Assembly (NCBI GenBank): GCA_965649765.1
Contig: OZ287754.1
Span: 36,394,001 to 36,458,000, forward strand
Direction of reading: 5' to 3'
DNA: 64,000 bases
DNA from: Bispira polyomma
Taxonomy: Eukaryota
The position numbers and the translations under genes are program-made. A model generated the notes under the pieces. The model was not told where the DNA came from, did no database searches, and saw only the letters and a list, made by a program, of their open reading frames with translations. Shown here piece by piece: positions 38,111 through 48,623 of this stretch; the first letter of the stretch is position 1; every line of letters starts with the position of its first letter.

Positions 38111-40598
38111 TATAAAAAGGGCTCACTCTCACAGTATCACCAGTACTCGCTTACAAAGCAATCATTCTCAAGTAAAGGGGGGTATTGTAACAAATAACGA
38201 CATCTGGAAAAGTGGTTTCTGGCAAAGCAAACATTTAGGCCTTTGTAACTGTCAGTGGTGTGAGAAAGATACAAAAAATTATATATTGCAAGGATTTGAT
38301 ACTGTGGGCAGTGGTTTCCCTATGATGAGCTCCGCTACAGTAGATAGGGTGGATGAATGTAAATGTGTAATGGCAAACGCCACTTTGTTAGACAGTAAAT
38401 GTACCAGTGTCAATTACAACAGTTCTGATGCTAATGTAAGCTTCCTAGTTGATATCAATATAAACTACAGTGATAGTTTTTGGTTACACGAGTATCACAA
38501 TGTAAATAAGGCCAACAGTATTGACAAACATAGTCAGGTTAAGGTAGAGGTTAAGGACGACTCAGGGCTAGATGGTGTAATAGTCCATAATGTAGGGCAT
38601 ATAGAGAGTCTCATGTTTAATGCAGGCTCTGACGTGTCAAATCTGAACAGTGAAACAGGACAAGCCCAGGAATATTCGAGTAGTAGTGAAATTGGTAACA
38701 AGTCGATTAATGTCAGCACGGCCATCAAGCAAGGGCAATTTGGGGATATCCTTAAAAACAACAACGTCTGTGCACCCCCAACAATCAATCAATTAAGCCA
38801 GGGTGAAAGCCTAGTGGAGGACATTTCCTTACAAATAAAAGGGGGGAACCTCCAAGAATGGCTGGGAGGTTTTATTCCCATTCAATTAGGCCCCTTTGTG
38901 CAAATAAACAATAACACAGAAGGGGGGGAATTACAGAGTAGTGACATGGTGCAATGGATTGGGGAGGCACACACGTTAGCAAAACAAAAAGGCATACCTA
39001 ATTATAAAGGTGCTAAAGTGACAGTTCCCTCCCAATTAAATATCTCTGCCTGGCGTGCTTATTTAAAAGACTACGACCTCTCCATTGTTTGTGAATATTT
39101 ACAGTATGGTTTCCCCTTAACACTAGATTATAGTACTTTCCAGTACAGCTCACAAGTAAATAACCACTCGTCCGCAGTGGCTTACCCAATGGACGTAGAC
39201 AAGTATTTCAAAACTGAGGTTAGTTATAAGGCCATGGTGGGGCCTTTGAAAACTAGTCCCTTTGAAAACTTATATGTATCACCCTTAATGTCCAGGCCCA
39301 AACCAAATGGTAATAGAAGAATTATTGTGGACCTCTCATGGCCACGTGGAAATAGTGTAAACTCGTGTATACCTCAGAATTTCTTTGACAACATTGAATA
39401 TCAGCTGAAATACCCAACCATTGACAACATAGTGGAAAAAATTGCCACTCTAGGCCCACAATGTTTACTTTATAAAATTGACTTGCAAAGAGCCTATAGG
39501 AACTTAAGGACGGACCCCTTTGATTATTCTGTATTAGGCCTCAGTTGGCAAGGTAAACTGTATGTAGACATATCTGTCCCCTTTGGCCTTTCCTCTGGTG
39601 CATGCGCGTGTCAGATGAGGACTGATGGTATAACTTACCTCATGCACACTAATAATTATTGGGTATGTTCGTACCTTGATGATTGCATTGGGATTGCGCC
39701 TCCTGGAAAGGCTAGGTTAGCTTTCAAAACACTCTATAATTTAATACAAACACTAGGCCTGCCAATTAACCAAGACAAGGTGGATACTCCCACTAGTGAA
39801 CTAGTATGCTTAGGCATACAAATAAATGCACACACAGGGCGGCTCACAATACCCACAGACAAGTTAATAGAGGTTAAACAATTGTGTATACAATGGAAAA
39901 CCAAAACAAAAGCCACTCGTAAGGGTTTACAAAAGCTGTTAGGAAAACTCCTCTACATTCACCGGTGTGTAAAACCGGCCAGACTCTTTCTTAATAGAAT
40001 ACTTGGGGTTCTGAGGGGGACTCCCCCTGGCACAGCTGTTTCACTGGGTAACGAGTTCTACAAGGATATCAATTGGTTTTGTGAATTCTTGGAAGAATTT
40101 AACAGGGTTACTGAAATACACCAGATTGATGGCATAATTAATCAAGTTTATGTAGATGCATCACTAAATGGCTTGGGGGCCTACTGGGATGAACAAGTTT
40201 ATTCAGTACACATACCTCAACACAATAAGGACAGCCTTACTATTGTACATTTTGAGATGGTAAATGTAATTGTGGCTTTTAGACTATGGGGGCCCACATG
40301 GGCCAACCAAAAAATATGTGTCCACTGTGACAACTTAGCTGTGGTTCACATACTTAACAGATGTAAATGTAGAGACCCTTTTCCAAATGCATGTGCACGC
40401 ACATTATGGCTGTTACAGGCAACTTATAACATTGATATTTCAGTACAACATGTAAGGGGTATTGATAATACTTACGCTGATTTGTTATCACGTTGGGAGC
40501 ACTTTAAGAATACAGACAAGTCTGATGTAGCTTATTTACATACCTGTACATGGCATGAAGTAGATCCAACATGGCTCGTACCTAATTTTAATATTTAA
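38061..40598 (+). CDS. ORF2 reverse transcriptase + RNase H of the YR retrotransposon (845 aa, long variable N-terminus)
   Basis: YGFPL, RRIIVDLSWP, KIDLQRAYRNL, VPFGL, SYLDD, LGL.IN.DK, LQKLLGKL. RNase H motifs VDAS, HFEM, CDN.AVV, G.DN..AD.LSR. Confidence 0.95.
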   Translation: MAQRAVIMGTGLNCGFSIKRAHSHSITSTRLQSNHSQVKGGIVTNNDIWKSGFWQSKHLGLCNCQWCEKDTKNYILQGFDTVGSGFPMMSSATVDRVDECKCVMANATLLDSKCTSVNYNSSDANVSFLVDININYSDSFWLHEYHNVNKANSIDKHSQVKVEVKDDSGLDGVIVHNVGHIESLMFNAGSDVSNLNSETGQAQEYSSSSEIGNKSINVSTAIKQGQFGDILKNNNVCAPPTINQLSQGESLVEDISLQIKGGNLQEWLGGFIPIQLGPFVQINNNTEGGELQSSDMVQWIGEAHTLAKQKGIPNYKGAKVTVPSQLNISAWRAYLKDYDLSIVCEYLQYGFPLTLDYSTFQYSSQVNNHSSAVAYPMDVDKYFKTEVSYKAMVGPLKTSPFENLYVSPLMSRPKPNGNRRIIVDLSWPRGNSVNSCIPQNFFDNIEYQLKYPTIDNIVEKIATLGPQCLLYKIDLQRAYRNLRTDPFDYSVLGLSWQGKLYVDISVPFGLSSGACACQMRTDGITYLMHTNNYWVCSYLDDCIGIAPPGKARLAFKTLYNLIQTLGLPINQDKVDTPTSELVCLGIQINAHTGRLTIPTDKLIEVKQLCIQWKTKTKATRKGLQKLLGKLLYIHRCVKPARLFLNRILGVLRGTPPGTAVSLGNEFYKDINWFCEFLEEFNRVTEIHQIDGIINQVYVDASLNGLGAYWDEQVYSVHIPQHNKDSLTIVHFEMVNVIVAFRLWGPTWANQKICVHCDNLAVVHILNRCKCRDPFPNACARTLWLLQATYNIDISVQHVRGIDNTYADLLSRWEHFKNTDKSDVAYLHTCTWHEVDPTWLVPNFNI

Positions 40599-40608
40599 TT
40601 ATTTGCAG

Positions 40609-41566
40609 GTCACCCTCTGATAACTGGGTTGCTTCGAGATGTCAATACAAGGGTGTCCAAAGGATTCAGACCCCGCACTTCCACAGCCTATCAGGCAATG
40701 TTCAGGCTGTACATAGCCTTTCTAGCATACTTAAAGGTTAAGTCTCACACTCACCTTAATTCAGTGCTCCTTTTTCTAGAGTTTTTGGCCCAACAGGGTC
40801 TCAAGTCATCCACTCTCACAGGCTACATTACAGTGTTAAAACATTTCTTCCAAATGTATGACCTCCCCACCGGGGCTCTGTACCACAAAAAAGTGACTCT
40901 AGTCATTAAGTCAGTAGCAAATAATGCCCCACTTACATACAAAATCAAAGGTATTTTCTCCCCGGCTACACTGCAGCAGTTAGTTGCCTTGGCAACAGGG
41001 TTTCCTGGGGCTAAACAGTATAGGGCAATCTTTTTACTAGGGTTCTTTGGGTTCTATAGGTTGGCCACATTAGTGCCAAATACTGCCTCCCAGTTTCAAC
41101 CATCCAGGTTTCCAACAGAGAGTGACGTCATTTGGGGTTCACCTGGGGCGCATATCCTCACTAAGTGTGCTAAAAACATGCAAAAGTCGGGTCAGTTGCA
41201 AGTGGTCCAGATTCCTGAGCTTCCCAACTCACCTATCTGTCCTGTTAAGGCCTTGAAACGCATTGTGCCCAGAGACACCTCCAACAAGATGCCTTTATTT
41301 AAATGTTCTCATAGGGATACAACTGTAATCATAACTGCTTACCAGGTCAGGAAGGTACTGGCTTCACTCCTCACCAGGCTTGGCCTCCCTCCAGCCGAAT
41401 TGGGGTTCCATGCACTCCGACGTTCGGGGGCCTCGTGGGCTTTTGACCATAATGTTGAATTAGATCATATAAAAGTCCATGGGGGCTGGCGCTCAGACAC
41501 TACCTTATCAAAACCCCATTGGCGGCAAGTAAGGTTGCAACCACATTCACACAACATCTTACATAA
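40609..41566 (+). pseudogene. ORF3 tyrosine recombinase with a frameshift just before the catalytic Tyr
   Basis: FFGFYRLATL (R), CPV.AL, FHALRRSGA (H-x-x-R), HGGWRSD (H/W). After 41500 the expected Y-L-I-K-T-P...TFTQHLT* continues in another frame (TAC at 41501, TAA at 41564-41566). Confidence 0.88.
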
Positions 41567-41659
41567 ACAAGCTCATATTCCTACCTGTTTGGGTTGGTAG
41601 ATAATTCTAAACCTACAACATTAGTGTAAATAGTTAAGTAGTACAGTAACTAACAAGTT

Positions 41660-41935
41660 AATAGGTTAACCTTAAAGCTCAACTTAAGCTTAAGATAACC
41701 TTAACTCATAAGGTCACCTTAAAGTCACAGTGTAGTGGCCCTCATGTGTTAACCTTACCTCAAGATAGGGACAGCGGTTTACCAGGTAAGGTCACCATAA
41801 AGTCACCAATAAAAGTGCAAGCTAATGAATTGCCACGATTAACCTCCCCTATAGTTAAGGACAACTTGTGTTAGCATTAAGGTCACCTTAAAGACAAGTT
41901 AAGGCCTCGGCCATGATTTAAGGTGACCTTATGTC
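41660..41935. repeat. Cluster of palindromic TAAGGT(C/G)ACCTTA / GTTAACCTTA motifs in the 3' non-coding region of the YR retrotransposon
   Basis: taaggtcacc(t/a)taaag at ~41709, 41787, 41878; taaggtgacctta at ~41919; gttaacctta at ~41665 and ~41748. Confidence 0.7.
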
Positions 41936-42284
41936 AGTAGAGTAGTGATTAACCCTGTATAATTTGTGTGTGTATGTAATAAAGCCCAAAAGATGTAATA
42001 AACTCGTTTTTACTCTCTGCCTTATGTTCCAAAATACACTTGTATCAACTTAGATCACCTCGATCTCTTACCTTACAGCTTGGGGAAACTGATACCACAG
42101 GTATGCCCTACTTTTTGACGACAGAATTTAATAAAAAATTAGATTCTGCAATAACGGTAGTTTAGTACAACACTGGTGAAATCAAGGGTTCCAAATATTT
42201 AAATGGTCTAAACAAATAACATAAAGCTTAAAGTGAGAAAATTGCATCAGAATATTTGTTTCAAGAGCTAAAACTTTCCATTAA

Positions 42285-43837
42285 TACCCGTGTTTCACTA
42301 CACCGATCATAGACTCTGACCGTTATGATTATGTGATCAGGGGATACTCGAATACATAATCAGGAAGGTTGAGGAGGTCGTAATACTTATCTTTGATTTT
42401 GGGGCCACTCAGGATCCTTTGGCAAAAAAACCTTTGCGAGTGGGTGATTATTGGCCAATAAGTCATGGTCACTTGGGGCCACTCATAACCTTTGTTACAA
42501 AGGCCCGAGTAAAAATATAACTCAGGGGAAACAAAAGATAACTTGGGGGTGACAAAAGATAACTCACGGAGGACGTTAGAGACAGTGAATGAGGAGGAGT
42601 ACAGGGAGTTTCATCGGGGAGAAGACACTTCTGGAAGAAAGCGTGCCAGAGACACAGCTGTCACAGATGGGTTTGTTGTCGCAGGATGAGACACAGGAGA
42701 CACAGGACACCGCTGGGGATATTGAAGTGGCTGGTATCATCAGGAGGCAGAAGGAGAAAATGAGGAAAGTTTACTTATGGATGGCCAGGAGGAGGCTGTG
42801 GTGGGATTGGTGGGTCATCTTCTGGATTTTGTGCTGTATTGCCTGATTTATAGTAGTGGTTCTCATCATATTGTGTAGGACGACACAGGCTAGGGCTACA
42901 GTGGCTACCACTGGTAGTTCTTGCTGCATGGTAGAGAGTAGAACCCTGAACCTCTGTACTAGGATGCTAAAGGAATTCTCTACCACCCTTCTCCCTTGGG
43001 AAATCTTGTAGTTGTAAATCCTCTCATTCGTGTCCATGCCTAATTTAGAGAAGGGTTTCATATGCCAGGTCTTCAGTACAAAGGCATCATCTGCAAGGAT
43101 AAAGTAGGGGATTGGGTGCCTAAAAGGGCTTATGGCTTCAGGAGAGGGGAAGTTGATGGACTAATCTGATATCGTCTCCTTAGTTCTGACCTATTGAAAT
43201 CTGGGAATCTGAGCAGGACCCACTAGATCCCAGGTCGACCCACAGGAACCTGTACTCTCTGTCTACCAAAGACCTTCACCTCCCCACTACCAAAGAGTAC
43301 TACAGTGATGTGTATGACTCCTTAGTCGCCAAATGTCTCAAAGTGATAGCTATCTTGAGTCCAGGTGACAGTGGTTTTCTAAACCAGGTGGTCTGGTCTG
43401 TATCCTGTGCCCCACCCTCCTCTCCATTTCCTGGAATAATTCTGGGGCATCCTCAAAATATTCATCAGAGACGTCTTCTTCTTCCTTCAATGTCTATATT
43501 AGCCATTACTTGTAGTTGCATGTAGGCAAGTAAACCTTGGAGGCCTCTTGCAATTTCTATTAATCTCTATGGAACCATCTCTTTCAGTTGACTGAACAGT
43601 TAAAACTGACTGGATACATGGTTCCACCCTCTTTATATATGTTTTTTGGGGGGGCAATCTGGAGGTTTCGAGGTTTGTATGACTTATCTTTTCAGTCGTT
43701 AACCACTACGAGTATAATCGAATGACACACATTTTCGCAAGCTTTATGCCACAGATCGGGGAACAATGGGGTAAAAATGACCACAATCAAATTATTGGGG
43801 CCTTGCCCCAATCGATCGGCTAAGTGGAACAGGGGCT
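42285..43837 (-). mobile_element. Internally deleted PIF/Harbinger DNA transposon with a decayed DDE (HARBI1-like) transposase
   Basis: TIRs TACCCGTGTTTCACTACACCGATC / rc AGCCCCTGTTCCACTTAGCCGATC (17/24). TAA TSD at 42282-42284 and 43838-43840. Minus-strand peptides: FRKPLSPGLKIAITLRHLAT, LVDREYRFLWVDLG, PYFILADDAF..KTWHMKPFS, YNYKISQGRRVVENSF, ACVVLHN. Confidence 0.88.
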
Positions 43838-44369
43838 TAATACCTTAACCAGTGTTATACAACTTGTGCAACCCCTTAAGGTCTTTACTAAATTGCCGTC
43901 AGTTCCAGTGTCTGAATCAATAACTACATCATTACATTCAAAAATGACATTGATAACCAATGGCAACTCCTTGAATAGTTCCTTGTGATTTTACAAATGT
44001 TTTAAAGCAAAATAGGAGCATGTATTTGTACGGACTGTGGTTATTCAAATCAGCCAATCCTATTCGATTGTGGTCCAGTACTTTACATTCACTTGTGTGT
44101 CATGACTTATAAGAACAGTAGATCAAACTTTTTCATGTGAAAAAGTACGCAAAAATTACTTTATAAATAAAGATTGCTACCCATAACTGATGTCCTTTAT
44201 CAATAAATACAATCATTGCAGTATAACATAACATACTGAAAGTTATGTATGAGCAAGTGTTCAGTAAGTCCAAATAAACTAAACTCCTGCGTAGTACTAG
44301 TTTTTACCATTAAAAGCTGGAATATACATTTCTCCAGAATAGTAATTTAAGAATTTTCTCCAAGTCATT

Positions 44370-44487
44370 ATGTCATTGTGAATTAGGTCATAAAGTCATT
44401 GTGAATTAGGTCAAAAGGTCATTGTGAATTAGGTCATAAAGTCATTGTGAATAAGGTCATAAAGTCAATGTGAATTAGGTCATAAAT
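44370..44487. repeat. 23-bp tandem repeat (~5 copies)
   Basis: Unit 'gtcattgtgaattaggtcataaa'. Confidence 0.9.
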
Positions 44488-44939
44488 TTTCAAACAGATA
44501 TATCAATTCAGGGCACTTCTGATTAGGCCTTTTCCACACATATTTACCAATTTAAGGCAGTTCTAATCAGGCTTTTTCCAAGCAGATATATCCATTCAGG
44601 GCAGTTGTAATCAGGCCTTTTCACACAGACATATCAGGGTGCATCTAAGCCATACATCAAACAATGATTTAAGAATATGGTTAACCACTTTTAATCTTGA
44701 TGGTTAACTTGTATAGGGTAGATTTGAAATGTAATTATGCATTTAATTGTATCTGTCACAGTCTGATATTGCCTTGATGCTTCCCAGATTACTACGTTAC
44801 AGTGAATACACATACATGAAGAAATGACAGGTTATGATACACTTTGATATCACAAATATCACCACTTGTTCCATATATCAGTAAAACACGGGTGATATGA
44901 TATCAATCATACAGTTCGCTTAATATAAAAGTTGACTAT

Positions 44940-47900
44940 TTATCCTTCACACTGGGGTGTAATGAAGCTTTTTGTAGTCATAGTAACTGCTCCATCATTG
45001 GTAGAAAACAAGAAGCAGATTCTCTGCTCCGCCTCGAATGTAAAGGAATATGTAGCAGATTCTGCAGAAGCTAAAGTTGCACAATGGATGTAACTCCTGG
45101 CAGGTAATGACAGAAAGTACCCACTGCTTGCACCTGGGCTCGAATTTTTGATGGCCTTGACATCTATGACGTCACATGGAAGATCAACTTCAACAGGAAG
45201 AAAAACATTCATGGAATGTAATAGTTCAGTTGTTATAAATGTATATCATTCGGACACAAAGTTTTTGGGTTGCATATCATTATTATTATTACTTACGATG
45301 TATAATTATATATATATTTAAATATTTTGAATTCCTAAATTGCATTAAACCTTAATAATCAAAATTGTCTTGCTTTTACTGCAAAAGCAATAATGCGACA
45401 GGGTATTAACAGAGATTATAATCCACTGTATGAAATCAATTAAATGCATATCAAATGTATATATTTCTGAGTACACTTTAAGAATTCTGACAAATAAAAA
45501 AGACAAAAAAAAAAATCTTGATTAATGATTTTAAAAATCCTGTGTTCTTACCTCCAAGAAACAGATCACTCGGTACAAATTCAATATTACAGAGACATAC
45601 CTCCTATTAACAGATCACTCGGTACAAATTTAATATTTTAGAGTCTTACCTTCTAGTAACAGATCACTCGGTACAAATTCAATGTTATAGGGACATCTGC
45701 TCAGCCATTTGATGTTACAAAGGCAGGGGATGGGGTTTGAAATTAGGTACAATTTAAAACCATCTGGGCTGATTGAATCGAACCTGGGTTTACAATATTC
45801 TGGGAATGTTTGTATGTCATTTGAGTAGAGACCAATTTCCTCCAACGACACCGCGTCCAGGTGGCCAAGTGGTAAAACTGTGCTAATAGAGTTTTCCCCA
45901 AGACATAAAGTTTGCAAGTTAACAAAACTTGCAAAGTGCTTAAGATCTAAGGTGATTAGTTCATTGTCAGTGAGACTCAGTTCTATGAGAGTGGCCTTCG
46001 TAAAGTCAAGGTCGGGTAGTTTAGTGAGTTTGTTAGTATTGGCATGGAAAACCTGCAGTGTCGAAACCTGGTCACTGATGATGCTCATATCTAACTCTTC
46101 ATCGGTCATAGATCGGTAGGAAAGACTGTAACGTAAAATAAACAACAGAACATTATAATATGTACAACCCCCTCAAAATAGGCTACCACCTCTTTATAAA
46201 TACCGCCTAATTCTGCTTGACTGCAGTCATATTCTGAAATGATACACAATGTATTGACGGTTGTACTGTTTTCATAGATCAATGACGATAGACGTAGATG
46301 TATAATTTATTTATTTCATACAGAATAGGTTGTTGTTAATACAGTTATACACCTGACATTGTTGAACGTCATTATAATAGTACTACCTTGGATAATAAAT
46401 TTATCAAAAGACAAGTGTTCCATGTGTTGGCCTTTTTTAGTGTTAAGCCCTGTTGCCATACAAGCAGAGACGGTGGTGGGAGTTGAACGGTGATGAACAG
46501 TGAACAGAATATAAAGTTTGCTTTGCTGTTTGGTTTCTGGTGACACTGAACAAATGAGAGGCAAAACATATTTTTTACCACTGGGTAAAGTATGCCATAA
46601 TACTTATTGGAAGAACTTACGACTTGTATTGGCCTACTTATGGTATGGTTACTTTTTTTCGATGAATAATTTCACATAGCAAAACGATAATGTACCTGTA
46701 CTGTAATTACACTCCTATAGTGGTATCATTGTTAAAAAGCAAATTTGTTTTACTTCAAATATTTAAAAACAATCAATTATGTCTAACTGTTGTAATTATT
46801 TTAATATACAGACCACAAGAAAAATATTTTAAAGGTAACAACGATTATTTGTTTTACACCAGTCTGAGGTCCTGGTTTAAAAGGACGAGGTGTGTTTGTG
46901 TTACTCAAAAATCCTTTAAAGTCAAAGGTGACTGTTAAATACTATGTACAAAGTACAATAATCTGTAGTCCAGACTAGAAGTCTGAAAAGCTTTGGGACT
47001 ATATCACATATAACACATGACCTTCTTATAACACAAGTATCTCATAGGGGTGACTAGAGATTTTTTTATGTCAGTACTACAGTAAATTCTATAATTTTCT
47101 GTTGTCGATTACATACTCTAACCATTGTGTATCCCACGGTATGTCCGTTGGTAGGTTTAGTTGATCACTGCCATAGCACTGATATGTTTTGTAAAGTGTA
47201 TTGTCATCGACAAAGCTCCTGCCAAAATAACCAACACCCGGATTGCAGGACGAATATACCTGGGTCCACTGTATGACGAAAATCAATGCTCCTAAATTTT
47301 TTGGGGAAAAAATTACAATTACAAAAGTATCATATACAAATGAAAAACTTTGCAGTGATTTAACAAAAGTAGCTGCTGTTGATTTTAAATGACTGATGTA
47401 TGCAAACAAAAGAATTGTTTAAAAATATTATATATATTATTGGGATGATCAAAGCATTGCATTGCACACTAAAATGTCAGTCAGCAGAATGCATTTTCAT
47501 CTCTCAGGTTGTCACATACACATAACCTCAACAAATGTTTTTTTACTATTCTGCCACGTTCCACCCTGGTGGAGATCTGCAATTCACTATAATGGCTTCC
47601 CACTGGACCCATGTCCTAGCCCTATACAGAGTGCCACCCTGGTGGAGATCTGCACTACACTATAATGGCTTCCCACTGGACCCATGTCCTAGCCCTATAC
47701 AGAGTGCCACCCTGGTGGAGATCTGCACTACACTATAATGGCTTCCTACTGGACCCATGTCCTAGCCCTATACAGAGTGCCACCCTGGTGGAGATCTGCA
47801 CTACACCATAATGCCTTCCTACTGGACCCATGTCCTAGCCCTATACAGAGTGCCACCCTGGTGGAGATCTGCACTACACTATAATGGCTTCCTACTGGAC

Positions 47901-48623
47901 CCATGTCCTAGCCCTATACAGAGTGCCACCCTGGTGGAGATCAGCACTACACTATAATGGCTTCCTACTGGACCCATGTCCTAGCCCTATACAGAGTGCC
48001 ACCCTGGTGGAGATCTGCACTACACTATAATGGTTTCCTACTGGACCCATGTTCTAGCCCTATACAGAGTGTCACCCTGGTGGAGATCTGCACTACACTA
48101 TAATGGCTTCCCACTGGACCCATGTCCTAGTCCTATACAGAGTGCCACCCTGGTGGAGATCGGCAATTCACTATAATGGCTTCCTACTGGACCCATGTCC
48201 GAGCCCTATACAAAGTTTGACTAGAATCGATTGAGTATTTTTTCAAAAATCCTGCTAAAACAAAGCAATGAACAGCCAGGTGTGAAAGCATAACTATCTG
48301 TCAGGGAATAAGGGGAGAGTGAACCTTGAACTCTGGTAGCTTCCACTACTCTGTACTTGTGTAGAGTTGGATAGTCTGAAAACTCATGTATGCATGTACA
48401 TCCAATTTTAATTACTAGTTTCTGAACACATAAATGGACCATTTATAAAACAATAGCAGCAGTTCACAAAAACCTAGACCATAACTTAGGAGTAACGTAG
48501 TCAAATATGGCAGTGCTAAATGTTACAAGTGACACGTCTGAACAGAAAATATTTATCTTCATCTGTGACATAAAAGTAACCTTAATATAATCAACTCATT
48601 ACTTTACCTGTTAAAATCATCAT
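44940..48623 (-). CDS. Secreted leucine-rich-repeat protein with a C-terminal PAN/apple-like domain (304 aa)
   Basis: Minus-strand exons 48623-48608, 47291-47117, 46125-45650, 45187-44940; phases 1,2,1; 915 nt. Signal peptide MMILTGALIFVIQWTQVYS. LRRNT (C...QCYGSDQLNLPTDIPWDTQWLDLS), ~5 LxxLxLxxN repeats, LRRCT (SNPIPCLCNIKWL). Then RSYIHCATLA....YSFTFEAEQRICFL (PAN-like). No TM helix. Confidence 0.82.
45545..45697 (-). repeat. 49-bp tandem repeat (3 copies) including the exon-3 end and donor of the LRR gene
   Basis: cagatcactcggtacaaatt at 45562, 45611, 45660. Each unit carries a minus-strand G|GTAAGA or G|GTATGT (45650, 45601, 45552). Confidence 0.88.
47553..48213. repeat. 73-bp intronic minisatellite (~9 copies)
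   Basis: Unit 'gtgccaccctggtggagatctgcactacactataatggcttcc(c/t)actggacccatgtcctagccctatacaga'; period 73. Confidence 0.97.

Larger units (their letters stand above)
36513..42096 (+). mobile_element. Tyrosine-recombinase retrotransposon (DIRS order, Ngaro-like ORF layout), near full length
   Basis: gag-like ORF1, RT/RNase H ORF2 and YR ORF3 lie on one strand; no adenine methyltransferase seen. Bounded by an 18-bp inverted repeat: GGTGTCAGTTTCCCCAAG (36513-36530) / CTTGGGGAAACTGATACC (42079-42096), 17/18 match. Confidence 0.9.

Noticed and set aside
40629-41600. YR ORF as a phage integrase or Crypton DNA transposon
   Set aside because: It is directly linked to gag and RT/RNase H ORFs within shared termini, so it belongs to a DIRS-order retroelement.
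42589-42846. Plus-strand 85-aa ORF as an intact Harbinger Myb/SANT partner gene
   Set aside because: Low-complexity, with no Trp-spaced Myb/MADF motif; at most a remnant of the second ORF.
13157-48213. Regular repeat arrays (34, 76, 52, 73 bp) as CRISPR-like arrays
   Set aside because: The units are contiguous with no unique spacers, no cas genes are present and the context is eukaryotic. They are ordinary minisatellites.
1157-48623. NWD STAND + IGFBP-like + LRR-PAN genes as a functional immune cluster
   Set aside because: No sequence evidence of co-regulation or shared origin; adjacency alone is uninformative in an animal genome.
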